From an uncultured bacterium (GTDB taxonomy: Bacteria > Acidobacteriota > Blastocatellia > Pyrinomonadales > Pyrinomonadaceae): DNA of 64,000 nt. This document shows positions 45,401 through 54,952 of this stretch, piece after piece. Under the pieces are notes generated by a model. The model did no database searches. It had not been told where the DNA came from and saw only the letters and a list, made by a program, of their open reading frames with translations. Location of the stretch: NCBI GenBank assembly GCA_965653675.1, contig CBFHBA010000021.1:2386-66385 (forward strand). The letters are read 5' to 3'. Numbering within the stretch: position 1 is the first letter of the stretch; each line of letters starts with the position of its first letter. Both the position numbers and the translations under genes were made by a program.

Positions 45401-46047
45401 TGAAAAAGAGCGTGTGGATTGTTGGCGGTGATGGCTGGGCCTATGACATCGGCTATGGCGGGTTGGATCACGTGCTCGCGAGTGGCCAGGATGTGAACAT
45501 TCTCGTGCTCGACACGGAAGTCTATTCCAACACTGGTGGCCAGGCTTCGAAGGCGACCCCCCTCGGCGCAGTCGCAAAATTTGCCGCCGGCGGCAAGCCG
45601 ACGATCAAAAAAGATCTCGGTATGACGGCGATGCGTTACGGGAACGTCTATATCGCGCAAATCGCGATGGGCGCGAACGATACGCACACTGTCAAGGCGT
45701 TTCTTGAGGCGGAAGCGCATCCGGGGCCGTCGCTCATCATTGCCTACAGCCAATGCATTGCGCACGGCATCGACATGGCGAAGGGAATGCATCAGCAGAA
45801 GCTTGCGGTGGAATCGGGTTACTGGCCGCTCTATCGCTTCAATCCGGCGTTGGAAAACGAAGGCAAGAATCCGTTTCAACTGGATTCGCACGATCCGAAA
45901 ATCCGGCTTGAGGATTACATCTACACCGAAGGACGCTATCGGATGTTGCAGCGCAGCGATCCGGAGGCGGCGAAGACACTGCTGGCACGCGCGCAAGAAT
46001 CTGTAAATCATCGTTGGGCGCAATACAAGAAGTTGGCGGGCGCATGA
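42478..46047 (+). CDS. nifJ: pyruvate:ferredoxin (flavodoxin) oxidoreductase
   Basis: 1189 aa. N-terminus [33 protein letters not shown], two ferredoxin CxxCxxCxxxCP motifs ([24 protein letters not shown]) and a TPP domain with [16 protein letters not shown]. Confidence 0.95.
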   Translation: [1189 protein letters not shown]

Positions 46048-46057
46048 AGTTTTAAAT

Positions 46058-46167
46058 CTCAAGTTTCAAGTTTCAAGTTCCGCTTCGCCAAGGGTTCACA
46101 ATTTATGGAAGTAGCTCATCGCGCGTACCGCGAACTTGAAACTTGAAACTTGGAACTTGAAACTGAG
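46058..46167. repeat. palindromic element with arms made of tandem AAGTTTC / GAAACTT heptads
   Basis: ctcaagtttcaagtttcaagttc (46058-46080) versus gaacttgaaacttgaaacttgga (46132-46154) is 21/23 complementary, with an extra heptad extension to 46167. Confidence 0.85.
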
Positions 46168-46176
46168 GATTCAACA

Positions 46177-47175
46177 ATGAGTCTCGCAACAAATTACCTT
46201 GGGCTGGAACTGAAGAATCCGATCGTTGCGTCTTCTTCTCCGTTGTCGCATTCGCTGGATGGCATTCGCCGTTTGGAAGACGCAGGTGCGAGCGCGGTCG
46301 TCATGTATTCGCTCTTCGAAGAGCAGATCACATTCGACAGCCTTTACGTCGATCACTACCTGCGCAGCAACAGCAACAGTCATGCCGAAGCGCTCAGTTA
46401 TTTCCCCGAGATGGATCGGTACAACGTCTGGCCGGATGAATACGTTGACCTAATTCGTCGAGCCAAAGAATCGTGCGATATACCGATCATAGGCAGCTTG
46501 AACGGCGTCTCGATTGGGGGCTGGACTAACTACGCGGGATTGATCGAAGACGCCGGCGCCGATGCGCTGGAATTGAACATCTACTATGTTCCGACGAGTC
46601 TCGAAATGACCGGCCGCGAAGTCGAAGACATATACATCGACATGTTGCGGCAGGTGAAGCGCTCAGTCACGATTCCGCTCGCCATAAAGATGAGTCCGTT
46701 TTTTAGCTCAGTCGCGAACATGTCGAAGCGGCTGGTCGATCACGGCGCGGATGGCCTCGTGCTCTTCAATCGCTTCTATCAACCGGATTTGGATATCGAA
46801 CGGCTCGAGGTGACGCCGCGGCTGGTACTCAGCAATCCGCACGAGCTGCGCTTGCCTTTGCGCTGGGTAGCAATTCTGTACGGCCGGCTGGCGACCGATT
46901 TTGCGATCACTACCGGCATACATGCCGCGCAAGACGTCCTGAAGGGGCTGATGGCGGGCGCGAAAGTCACGATGATGGCGTCCGAGTTACTGCAGAACGG
47001 AGTCGGTCGCATCAACGATATTCTCGAGGTGCTAATTGCCTGGATGGCGGAACACGAATACGAATCCGTGGCGCAGATGATCGGCAGCATGAGCCAGCAA
47101 TATTGCGCCGAGCCGGCCGCGTTCGAACGCGCGAACTACATGAAAGTGCTGGACAGTTATGTTCTCTCAACGTGA
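46177..47175 (+). CDS. dihydroorotate dehydrogenase-like (class 1 DHOD fold) protein
   Basis: The start is taken at ATG 46177 ([24 protein letters not shown]...). TIM-barrel flavoenzyme look ([24 protein letters not shown]). Confidence 0.75.
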   Translation: MSLATNYLGLELKNPIVASSSPLSHSLDGIRRLEDAGASAVVMYSLFEEQITFDSLYVDHYLRSNSNSHAEALSYFPEMDRYNVWPDEYVDLIRRAKESCDIPIIGSLNGVSIGGWTNYAGLIEDAGADALELNIYYVPTSLEMTGREVEDIYIDMLRQVKRSVTIPLAIKMSPFFSSVANMSKRLVDHGADGLVLFNRFYQPDLDIERLEVTPRLVLSNPHELRLPLRWVAILYGRLATDFAITTGIHAAQDVLKGLMAGAKVTMMASELLQNGVGRINDILEVLIAWMAEHEYESVAQMIGSMSQQYCAEPAAFERANYMKVLDSYVLST

Positions 47176-47319
47176 TGGCGCCATGATGAAGATGAAAACC
47201 GTTAGCTTCAGCGATTTGTTGACCGTGCATCTGGGCACAATCGTTGCTCTTCGGCCCAGGCTGCGTCTGCAGCCCAGGTCTGCAGCTTGACAGTTATCGG
47301 GACTATAAATAGATTGCTG

Positions 47320-47712
47320 ATGTCGATGAAACAAAGACTCGCGTCCATGTTCCTACTGCTCGTGCTTTTCGGAGGTGCGTTCGCCGGAGTGCCGATGACC
47401 TTTGGCGACAGCCATTGCGGCATGGGCGCGATGGACATCGAGTGCTGCAAGGCGATGCTGCGGCAGCAAAACCAACCGAAGTTCACGCAGGAAGAAGAAT
47501 TGCTGTGCGCGCTTAATTGCGCGCAGAACGGAACTACGTTGCCATCGAGCGCGTTGCGCCTAACGCCGCCGGTGCAAACGCTTGAACCTGCGCATCCCAC
47601 AATTGCGCAGCCGTTACACGTTTCGCTTTTTCACTCAGGAACCACAACGCGGGCGCATAGTCCGCCCGGTTCTCCACCCACATACCTCCGCAATCTCACA
47701 CTTCAAATCTGA
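47320..47712 (+). CDS. small secreted Cys-containing protein (paralog family P, copy 1)
   Basis: Signal peptide MKQRLASMFLLLVLFGGAFAG, with CGMGAMDIECC. The C-terminus HSPPGSPPTYLRNLTLQI is shared with 58525..59052. Confidence 0.5.
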   Translation: MSMKQRLASMFLLLVLFGGAFAGVPMTFGDSHCGMGAMDIECCKAMLRQQNQPKFTQEEELLCALNCAQNGTTLPSSALRLTPPVQTLEPAHPTIAQPLHVSLFHSGTTTRAHSPPGSPPTYLRNLTLQI

Positions 47713-47816
47713 TTCCAACGAGGCGTTAGTGTGCCTTCTGTCAGTCCGCGTGCGGACTGCGCAGAGGTTCGTCTCTTCGTGCGCCCGGCGCACTGGAATT
47801 TGTTCTGGAGGATCAG

Positions 47817-48239
47817 ATGAAGAAGTCATTACTTATCTCGTTCGTTCCAATCGCAGCGCTTGTAATTGTCGCCGCTTGCACAAAACCGATGAATGTTGCT
47901 AGCGGGAAGCCAATCGCAACGGCCAGTATTAACAATCTGACCGCGACGCTTTCGAACAGCACCGGTCAACTGAAACAGGGTGACCAGGAAGTAACGCTGG
48001 CGTTTAGAAATTCATCGGGCAAGACGGTCGATGTGGGCGCGGTATCGCTGAATTTTCACATGCCCGCGATGGGCGGCATGTCAGCGATGAACGAAGCTGT
48101 CACGCTGACAACAACCAGCACACCCGGAGTCTACAGCGGCAAAGTCAACATCCCGATGGCCGGCGAATGGCAGGGACAACTTGCCTTCGAAGGCCCCGCG
48201 GGAAGAGGCAAGACGACGTTTAGTGTGACGACGAGATAA
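47817..48239 (+). CDS. FixH/YtkA-like lipoprotein
   Basis: Lipobox LVIVAAC. The block VSLNFHMPAMGGMSAMNEAVTL...PGVYSGKVNIPMAGEWQGQL is typical of YtkA/FixH-type domains. Confidence 0.65.
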   Translation: MKKSLLISFVPIAALVIVAACTKPMNVASGKPIATASINNLTATLSNSTGQLKQGDQEVTLAFRNSSGKTVDVGAVSLNFHMPAMGGMSAMNEAVTLTTTSTPGVYSGKVNIPMAGEWQGQLAFEGPAGRGKTTFSVTTR

Positions 48240-48248
48240 CACATTTTT

Positions 48249-48359
48249 GATTGCCGATTGCCAATTGCCGATTGGCAAGCACCTCAGAGTCGTGTTTGCC
48301 TGAGGTCAACATCGGCAATCGACGGAAGCAGATCGGCAATCGGCAATTGTAAATCGGCA
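48249..48359. repeat. palindromic element with arms made of tandem TTGCCRA / TYGGCAA heptads
   Basis: gattgccgattgccaattgccgattggcaa on the left faces atcggcaatcg...gatcggcaatcggcaattgtaaatcggcaa on the right. The central hairpin is cctcag/ctgagg. The element abuts the cusA ATG. Confidence 0.85.
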
Positions 48360-51300
48360 ATGATCCATCGGCTCATCGAATTCGCAATGCGTAATCGCGG
48401 TCTAGTGATCGCGATCTACCTCGGCCTCGCGCTCTGGGGCTATTGGGCATTGCTGCGCACGCCGATTGATGCAATCCCCGATCTCTCAGAGAACCAGGTG
48501 ATCGTCTTCACGGATTGGGCCGGACGTTCCCCGCAGGAAGTCGAAGACCAGGTTACCTACCCGCTCGTCACCAACCTCCAGGGGCTGCCGGGTGTGCGTG
48601 TGGTGCGCGGTGGTTCAGCGTTTGGCTTCTCGATGGTCAACATCATCTTCGAAGACAACGTCGATTTGTACTGGGCGCGCACGCGAGTGCTTGAACGTTT
48701 GAATCTCGTCACCGCGCAACTGCCGCAAGGCGTAACTCCCACGCTGGGACCTGACGCGACAGGTGTCGGACAAATCTTTTGGTACACGCTGGAGAGCGAT
48801 CAGCTGAGCGCGCGCGATCTGCGCACGCTGCAGGACTGGTTCGTGCGCTACCAGTTGAATTCGGTTCCGGGCGTTGCTGAGGTCGCAAGCGTCGGTGGAT
48901 ACGTACAGCAATATCAGGTTGATGTCGATCCAAACAAGCTCCGTTCGTACGGGCTACCGCTCTCGATGGTCGTTGAAGCTGTCGAGCGTTCGAACAAGAA
49001 CGTCGGCGGAAATGTCATTGAGCAATCAGGGCAGTGGGCCGTCGTGCGTGGAGTCGGGCTGATTGAGTCGACCACCGATGTCGAGAACATTCCGTTGATG
49101 GCGCAAAACGGGATTCCCGTCTACATCAAGAACGTCGCGAATGTGAAACTCGGCAACGCATTTCGCCAGGGCGCGCTCGACAAGAACGGCAAGGAAGCGG
49201 TTGGCGGCGTGGTCATCGCGCGCTACGGCGTGAACACGTTGGAAGTAATCGATGCGATCAAGCAGAAGATCGCGGCAATTCAGAGCGGCCTGCCGAAAGG
49301 TGTGCAGGTGGTTCCCTTCTACGATCGCACGCAACTGATTCAACGCGCGACGCACACGTTGAAACGCGCGCTGATCGAGGAACTGATTCTCGTCACTCTC
49401 GCCCACATCATCTTCCTCGCACACTTCCGCTCGATTCTCATTGTGACGATCCCGCTGCCTTTGGCTGTGCTGCTCGCGTTTCTTTTTATGTACTACATGG
49501 GCTTCAGCTCGAACCTGATGTCGCTTTCCGGAATCGCGATCGCGATTGGTGTGCTAGTCGATGCGGGAATTGTAGTCACCGAAAATGCGTTTCGTTTTAT
49601 CGAGAAACGGAACGTCGACCCAAAAGATCGCCCACTCGTGTGGCGCACGGTTTTGGAGTCGACGCGGCTGGTTGGCAGACCAATTTTCTTTTCCATGGCG
49701 ATCATTATCCTCGCCTTTGTGCCCGTCTTTGCTCTGACGGGAGAAGAAGGAAAGCTGTTTCATCCCCTGGCCTTCACTAAGACGTTCGCAATGGTCGGCG
49801 CGACGATTATCGCGGTCACGCTTGTGCCGGTGCTTTGCACGTTGCTCCTGCGCGGCAAGTTTCACGCGGAGCAGGCCAATCCGGTGATGCGTGCGCTGCA
49901 CTTCATCTACCGGCCAATTCTGCGGTTCGCTTTGAATCATCGACTGATAACTGTGGCCTTGGCAGTCGTCCTGTTCGCGGGCGCGATCTTTTTAGCAACA
50001 GGCATCGGCAAAGAGTTCATGCCACCATTGAATGAAGGCGACTTAATGTTTATGCCGGTTACCGATCCGGCGATTTCTATCGATGAGGCGTTGAAGATTA
50101 CTGCCCGACAGGATGCGATTCTGAAGACGGTGCCCGAAGTCGAATGGGCGGTCGGCAAACCCGGTCGCGCGGAAACTTCAACTGATCCATCACCAGTCAA
50201 CATGACGGAAACGATCATTCACCTAAAAGATCCGGCGCAATGGCGCGTCGGCCTGACGCGCGAATCTTTAATCGCTGACTTGGACGAGAGGCTGCGCATG
50301 CCAGGGGTCACAAATATCTGGACACAGCCGATCAAGAACCGCATCGACATGCTTTCGACGGGAATTCGTTCGCAGGTCGGCATAAAGATTTTCGGAAACG
50401 ATCTGAAGACTCTGGAGGACTTGTCCCGGCGGACTGCCGATGTCGTTCGCAACGTGCCGGGCGCGAAGGATGTCTATCCAGAACAAATTAGCGGCGCGCC
50501 TTACGTGGACATTAAGGTCAATCGCAACGCCGCCGCACGTTACGGCATCGACGAACAAACGATTCAGGATGCAATTGAGAAAGGGATCGGCGAGACAAAT
50601 CTATCGGTAACGATCGAAGGCCGTCGTCGCTTCCCTGTCCGCGTGCGTTTCGCGCCAGAGTTTCGTGGCAGTGTGCAGTCGCTTGGTCAGATTCCGATCA
50701 CCTCACCAACCGGTCAGCCGATTCCGCTTTCACAGCTTACTGAAATCAGCGAAGTCCAGGGGCCATCGATGATTTCCAGCGAAAACGGCTTGCTCCGCGG
50801 CACGGTGTTGCTGAATGTGCGCGGGCGCGACGTAGGCAGCTTTGTCGATGAGGCGAAGGCCGCAATTGCGCGTCAGGTGCAGATGCCTACCGGTTACTAC
50901 GTCGAGTGGAGCGGCGAGTATGAGAACCAGCAGCGAGCGCGCACTCGTCTGCTGCTGGTCGTCCCGATTGTGCTCATTGTGATTTTCGCGTTGCTCTACA
51001 TCACTTATCACTCGGCCTTGGAAGCAGCACACGTCTTGATGGCGGTGCCGTTCGCTTTGACCGGCGGAATCTATCTGCTGTGGGCGCTCGGCTACAACTT
51101 CTCAGTTGCGGTGTGGGTGGGCTTCATCGCTTTGTTCGGCACGGCGGTTCAGACCGCGGTCGTGATGGTCATCTATCTGGAAGAAGCCGTCGAACGAAAG
51201 AAGCAGGAAGTCGGTCAATTGAATCGCGCGTCTCTCATTGAAGCCGTGACCGAAGGCGCGTTACTGCGTTTGCGGCCGAAGGTTATGACAGTCTCCACCG

Positions 51301-51491
51301 TAGTCGCGTCGCTGCTGCCAATCATGTGGAGCACAAGCGCAGGCGCAGAGGTGATGAAACCTCTGGCGACCCCGGTGCTCGGCGGAATGGTCTCGAGTCT
51401 GCTGCACGTCCTCGTGGTCACCCCAGTGATCTTTTTCTGGTTGCGTGAACGGGAGTTAAAGCGCGAGAACGTTGTTTTGGAATCAAGATGA
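48360..51491 (+). CDS. cusA: CusA/CzcA-family heavy-metal RND efflux pump, Cu(I)/Ag(I) type
   Basis: The start is taken at ATG 48360 ([16 protein letters not shown]...). There is strong block similarity to my recollection of E. coli CusA. The three Met positions of the CusA metal site are present ([27 protein letters not shown]). Confidence 0.9.
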   Translation: MIHRLIEFAMRNRGLVIAIYLGLALWGYWALLRTPIDAIPDLSENQVIVFTDWAGRSPQEVEDQVTYPLVTNLQGLPGVRVVRGGSAFGFSMVNIIFEDNVDLYWARTRVLERLNLVTAQLPQGVTPTLGPDATGVGQIFWYTLESDQLSARDLRTLQDWFVRYQLNSVPGVAEVASVGGYVQQYQVDVDPNKLRSYGLPLSMVVEAVERSNKNVGGNVIEQSGQWAVVRGVGLIESTTDVENIPLMAQNGIPVYIKNVANVKLGNAFRQGALDKNGKEAVGGVVIARYGVNTLEVIDAIKQKIAAIQSGLPKGVQVVPFYDRTQLIQRATHTLKRALIEELILVTLAHIIFLAHFRSILIVTIPLPLAVLLAFLFMYYMGFSSNLMSLSGIAIAIGVLVDAGIVVTENAFRFIEKRNVDPKDRPLVWRTVLESTRLVGRPIFFSMAIIILAFVPVFALTGEEGKLFHPLAFTKTFAMVGATIIAVTLVPVLCTLLLRGKFHAEQANPVMRALHFIYRPILRFALNHRLITVALAVVLFAGAIFLATGIGKEFMPPLNEGDLMFMPVTDPAISIDEALKITARQDAILKTVPEVEWAVGKPGRAETSTDPSPVNMTETIIHLKDPAQWRVGLTRESLIADLDERLRMPGVTNIWTQPIKNRIDMLSTGIRSQVGIKIFGNDLKTLEDLSRRTADVVRNVPGAKDVYPEQISGAPYVDIKVNRNAAARYGIDEQTIQDAIEKGIGETNLSVTIEGRRRFPVRVRFAPEFRGSVQSLGQIPITSPTGQPIPLSQLTEISEVQGPSMISSENGLLRGTVLLNVRGRDVGSFVDEAKAAIARQVQMPTGYYVEWSGEYENQQRARTRLLLVVPIVLIVIFALLYITYHSALEAAHVLMAVPFALTGGIYLLWALGYNFSVAVWVGFIALFGTAVQTAVVMVIYLEEAVERKKQEVGQLNRASLIEAVTEGALLRLRPKVMTVSTVVASLLPIMWSTSAGAEVMKPLATPVLGGMVSSLLHVLVVTPVIFFWLRERELKRENVVLESR

Positions 51492-53080
51492 GAAGTTCGC
51501 GTCAACAAGCCTGCGAAGCAGGCGACAAAATAATAGCCCCGGGCGTGAGCCCGGGGAGCAGAATCAGGTCGTCGCCTGAGCACGCGACGCGGGCGACATA
51601 TCATCGCGACGCTGTTGGCGCAAACCGATACCTCCGACGCCCCGACGTGGCTCAGGATCTTTGTTCCATCACCCCCGGGCTCGCGCCCGGGCCTAAATTC
51701 TTCCGCCTGCTTCGCAGGCTCGTTGTCACGATCATCTTAACGGTCTCTCTGTCGCAACCGGTTTGGAACCAATCCACGACACCGCAACCTTCCACGGCGT
51801 CTGATTCGAAATCGTTGTCTCAAGTCCAAACCGCAGTCTCCCGCTATCTCGATCAGTCGAACGGCATGACTGCCGATGAAGCTGTTCGGTATGCGCTTTC
51901 ACACAACGCTGAACTCGAAGCTGCACGCAAAGAGATCGATGCGGCGAACGCAATGGTCAAACAGGCGCGTTTGCGAGCCAATCCTATGCTCGACGTGGAA
52001 GGCAAACGCGAGGTTCCGCCAGGACGCGATAACACCGTGATGGCGGGTGTAACTCTTCCTTTGGAGTTGAATGGGCGCGTGCCGACGCGCGTCGCCGTAG
52101 CCGAACGCGAATTCGAAGTACGCGAACGTGAGCTTGCAAATCGTGAACGAATGCTGGCGGGCGAGGTGCGGATGAAATTTGGCGAGGCTCTAGCCGCGGC
52201 ACTGAAGTTATCGTTTGCCGAGCAACTGATCGACACCAATGAAAAGAGCTTCAATCTAATCGCTGCGCGTGTCACTGAAGGCGCGACACCACCGCTCGAG
52301 CAAAACATGGCTTTGGTTGAACTTAATCGATTGAAATCCATGCGGGAGACAACGGAAGGGAAAGTCGAGGTCGCACTGCTCGAACTGAGAAACTTGCTAG
52401 GCATGTCCCCTGAGCAGCCGCTGCGATTGCGTGGCGATTTTGATCACCTAATCGATCAATTGCCAAGTCTGACCGATGCCACCGCCGAGGCGTTACGCGA
52501 ACGTCCAGATCTGCGAGTCTTTAGCGCTATGGAAAGCTTGGGGAACGCGCGAATTGCGCAAGCGCGCGCGGAAGGACATTGGGACGCGAGTGTGACTGCG
52601 GGTTACGAGCGAATGCACGCCGGCTTTCCGCAGTTTGGTCTCGATGAGCAGGGCGCGCTCGTGCCCATTGAGAGCAATTTTCATTACTTGAAATTTGGCG
52701 TCTCGATCCTGCTGCCGGTGCGCAACAAGAACCAGGGCGCCGTGGAAGCGGCCGCAAGCCAATCGGCAGCGGCCACGTCACGTCGCAAATTCGGAGAGCT
52801 GACAGTGCGTCGCGAAGTCGCATCGGCGTATGCGCAGTATGATCGCGCGGCAAGGGCGGAAGAGATTTTTCGTGTCGGCGCGCGCGAACCGGCCAAAGCG
52901 AATCTCGATGTCGTGCGGCAAACTTACGAGCTGGGTTCGAAAACTTTGCTCGACTACATCGCGGAGCAGCGCCGTTTCATAGAACTCGAAAACGATTTTA
53001 TCGATGCGCAACTCGCGGTTTACAACGCCCGGGTTGAAATCCTACGCACGACCGCTTCACCGGAGTTAATAAAGAAATGA
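51488..53080 (+). CDS. TolC-family outer-membrane efflux protein (CusC-like) with a repeat element inserted in its signal-peptide region
   Basis: The ATG overlaps the cusA stop (ATGA). The TolC-like body reads [27 protein letters not shown]... with two repeat halves. Codons 7-77 are encoded by the 213-nt palindromic element. Confidence 0.75.
   Translation: MRSSRQQACEAGDKIIAPGVSPGSRIRSSPEHATRATYHRDAVGANRYLRRPDVAQDLCSITPGLAPGPKFFRLLRRLVVTIILTVSLSQPVWNQSTTPQPSTASDSKSLSQVQTAVSRYLDQSNGMTADEAVRYALSHNAELEAARKEIDAANAMVKQARLRANPMLDVEGKREVPPGRDNTVMAGVTLPLELNGRVPTRVAVAEREFEVRERELANRERMLAGEVRMKFGEALAAALKLSFAEQLIDTNEKSFNLIAARVTEGATPPLEQNMALVELNRLKSMRETTEGKVEVALLELRNLLGMSPEQPLRLRGDFDHLIDQLPSLTDATAEALRERPDLRVFSAMESLGNARIAQARAEGHWDASVTAGYERMHAGFPQFGLDEQGALVPIESNFHYLKFGVSILLPVRNKNQGAVEAAASQSAAATSRRKFGELTVRREVASAYAQYDRAARAEEIFRVGAREPAKANLDVVRQTYELGSKTLLDYIAEQRRFIELENDFIDAQLAVYNARVEILRTTASPELIKK
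51508..51720. mobile_element. 213-bp nested-palindrome MITE-like element
   Basis: Perfect 17-bp termini agcctgcgaagcaggcg (51508-51524) and cgcctgcttcgcaggct (51704-51720). A second arm pair is gccccgggcgtgagcccgggg / cccccgggctcgcgcccgggc. No coding capacity of its own. Confidence 0.8.
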
Positions 53081-53122
53081 GTGAAGAACCGCCTGCGGGC
53101 AGTTCCACAAAGGCGTAAAAAT

Positions 53123-54412
53123 ATGAGTGACACACCTGACAGTTCGATTGAGCAACAAGAGAAGGCCCAACCTCAATCGCCGAAGCGTTCAGCTCGTTAC
53201 AACGCCGCAATCATTGTTGGGATCGCGGTCGTCGCCATTGTCGCCGTAGTTGCGATTTTTCTGTTTTGGCCAAAGCCAGCGGGTAAACCGGTTGCGGCAC
53301 CGCGCACAGTGACGTTCGATCAATCGTCCGAAACGCCGACTGCAACCGCTGAACAGAAGTTGACACTAACGCCTGAGCAACTTCGTAGCGTTCAGTTGAA
53401 GATTGAAACTGTTGGCGAAGCGCCCTCAGCAGAAGCCGCCGGGCAAATGGCTACCGGCGTGGTGCAAGCCAACAGTTATAAGGAAACACCAGTTGTTGCG
53501 CTCGTCGGCGGTATTGTTCGGACCGTGAGCGCTGAACTGGGACAGAACGTCAGACGCGGTCAACGCGTCGCGGTCGTCTTCAGTAATGAACTAGCCGATG
53601 CACAGTCGCGATACTTAACGGCGCTCGCCGTCTTGAATGAACATCATCAGCATCACATGCGCACAACGAGGCTGGTCGAGATCGGCGCAGCAAGCAAACA
53701 GGAATTAGAGATGGCAACCTCACAACTGCGCGATGCTGAATCGAACGTAGAAAACCTGCGTCAGAAGCTGATGCTGCTTGGTCTCTCAGCACAACGAATC
53801 GATGCGTTGAACAACACCTCACAAATCAGTTCCGAAATTATCGTTGCGTCGCCTTCTTCGGGAACCATTACCGCCCGCAGCGTGAATTCCGGCGAAGTAA
53901 TAGAGGCGAATAAGGAACTGATGCGCGTAACTGATCTATCGACCGTTTGGGTGGTGGGACAAGTCTACGAAAAAGATTTGGCAACAGTGCGCATCGGCAG
54001 CGGCGCGAACATCACTTCCGACGCGTATCCCGGAAAAGTGTTTCGCGGGCAGGTCACCTATGTCGATCCCAAAATCGATCAGGCCACGCGCACAGCGCAG
54101 GTACGCATTGAAATCCGGAATCCACGGCAGATGTTTAAGATCGGCATGTTCGTCAACGTCTCGTTTGGTGCGCTCGGCGCTGCGGAAAAGACCACCCCGA
54201 TTGTTTCGAAAGAGGCCGTTCAGACGGTCAATAATCAGCAAGTGGTGTTCGTGGCTACCGATAAACCGAATGAATTCCTCGTACGAGCAGTTCGTTTGGG
54301 AACGGAAATCAACGGCTTCTATCCCGTGACTGAAGGACTGAATGTCGGAGAACGTGTCGTCACGCAGGGCAGCTTCTTGCTGCGAGCGGAATGGCTAAAG
54401 AGGCAGACGTAG
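53123..54412 (+). CDS. efflux RND periplasmic adaptor (membrane fusion protein, CusB-like)
   Basis: N-terminal TM helix IIVGIAVVAIVAVVAIFLFW, followed by HlyD/MFP-like barrel-sandwich and beta-barrel blocks (GQRVAVVFS, LWVVGQVYEKD, VRIEIRNP). Confidence 0.85.
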   Translation: MSDTPDSSIEQQEKAQPQSPKRSARYNAAIIVGIAVVAIVAVVAIFLFWPKPAGKPVAAPRTVTFDQSSETPTATAEQKLTLTPEQLRSVQLKIETVGEAPSAEAAGQMATGVVQANSYKETPVVALVGGIVRTVSAELGQNVRRGQRVAVVFSNELADAQSRYLTALAVLNEHHQHHMRTTRLVEIGAASKQELEMATSQLRDAESNVENLRQKLMLLGLSAQRIDALNNTSQISSEIIVASPSSGTITARSVNSGEVIEANKELMRVTDLSTVWVVGQVYEKDLATVRIGSGANITSDAYPGKVFRGQVTYVDPKIDQATRTAQVRIEIRNPRQMFKIGMFVNVSFGALGAAEKTTPIVSKEAVQTVNNQQVVFVATDKPNEFLVRAVRLGTEINGFYPVTEGLNVGERVVTQGSFLLRAEWLKRQT

Positions 54413-54500
54413 GAGTAATATTTTTTTGTCAGCCTCCATCCAGCCATCAGGCCACAAAGAGAGAGCCGCAGTAAGCGCTCGATCAATCGAAGGAGAAACC

Positions 54501-54689
54501 ATGTATTTCAGAGGATGGTTGCGGTGTTTGCTGTTGGCATCTTTGGCGGTTTCTTCCGCGCATGCACTGCATCGGCACGGAATGCCAATGCCTTCCCCGT
54601 CACCAACACCGAAGCCCTCATCGTCACCTTCATCAACGTATCTTTGCTGGTCCGACCATCCTATTATTCCGGTGGCATCGTTAGTCTAA
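54501..54689 (+). CDS. small secreted His/Met/Pro-rich peptide (family S, copy 1)
   Basis: AAGGAG lies 6 nt upstream. MYFRGWLRCLLLASLAVSSAHALHRHGMPMPSPSPTPKPSSSP... parallels 58082..58261. Confidence 0.5.
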   Translation: MYFRGWLRCLLLASLAVSSAHALHRHGMPMPSPSPTPKPSSSPSSTYLCWSDHPIIPVASLV

Positions 54690-54929
54690 TTGGCTTGGGA
54701 GCGCTTTTTGGCAAGCCCGTCAGTCAACGACGCGCGGCATAACAATTTGATGGACGCGAGCGCTATAGGTGACAGGCAGGAAGTCGATCCGGCTTTTAAC
54801 GATAGAGTGATCATTCTCGCCGATACTCGTAACCGCAAGCCTCTCGACGCGAAGAGCGGACCGTTGCAAATAATAGTTGCCGGAGAGAAAATGCACGCGC
54901 GCATTTCACGTCCGAACGAGTTCAGATAA
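54690..54929 (+). pseudogene. possible remnant of a molybdopterin-binding-domain oxidoreductase C-terminus
   Basis: DPAFNDRVIILADTRNRKPLDAKSGPLQIIVAGEKMHAR resembles the ...LA...NG.PL....GPL.LVVPG.K..RW block of that family. There is no intact N-terminal part. Confidence 0.3.
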
Positions 54930-54952
54930 ATAGGCTCGCTCAAAAATAATCG

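Noticed and set aside
45343-46062. 239-aa minus-strand ORF.
   Set aside because: It is antisense to the TPP-binding domain of PFOR, and is a typical GC-rich shadow ORF.
47287-47311. TTGACA ... TATAAA promoter-like hexamers upstream of the small secreted protein gene.
   Set aside because: The spacing between the hexamers is only 11-13 nt instead of about 17, and the lineage's promoter consensus is unknown to me.
48249-48359. Tandem heptad repeats considered as a CRISPR-like or VNTR array (also at 46058-46167).
   Set aside because: The units are 7 nt long with no spacers and are arranged as inverted arms. No cas genes are present. They are better explained as palindromic intergenic elements.
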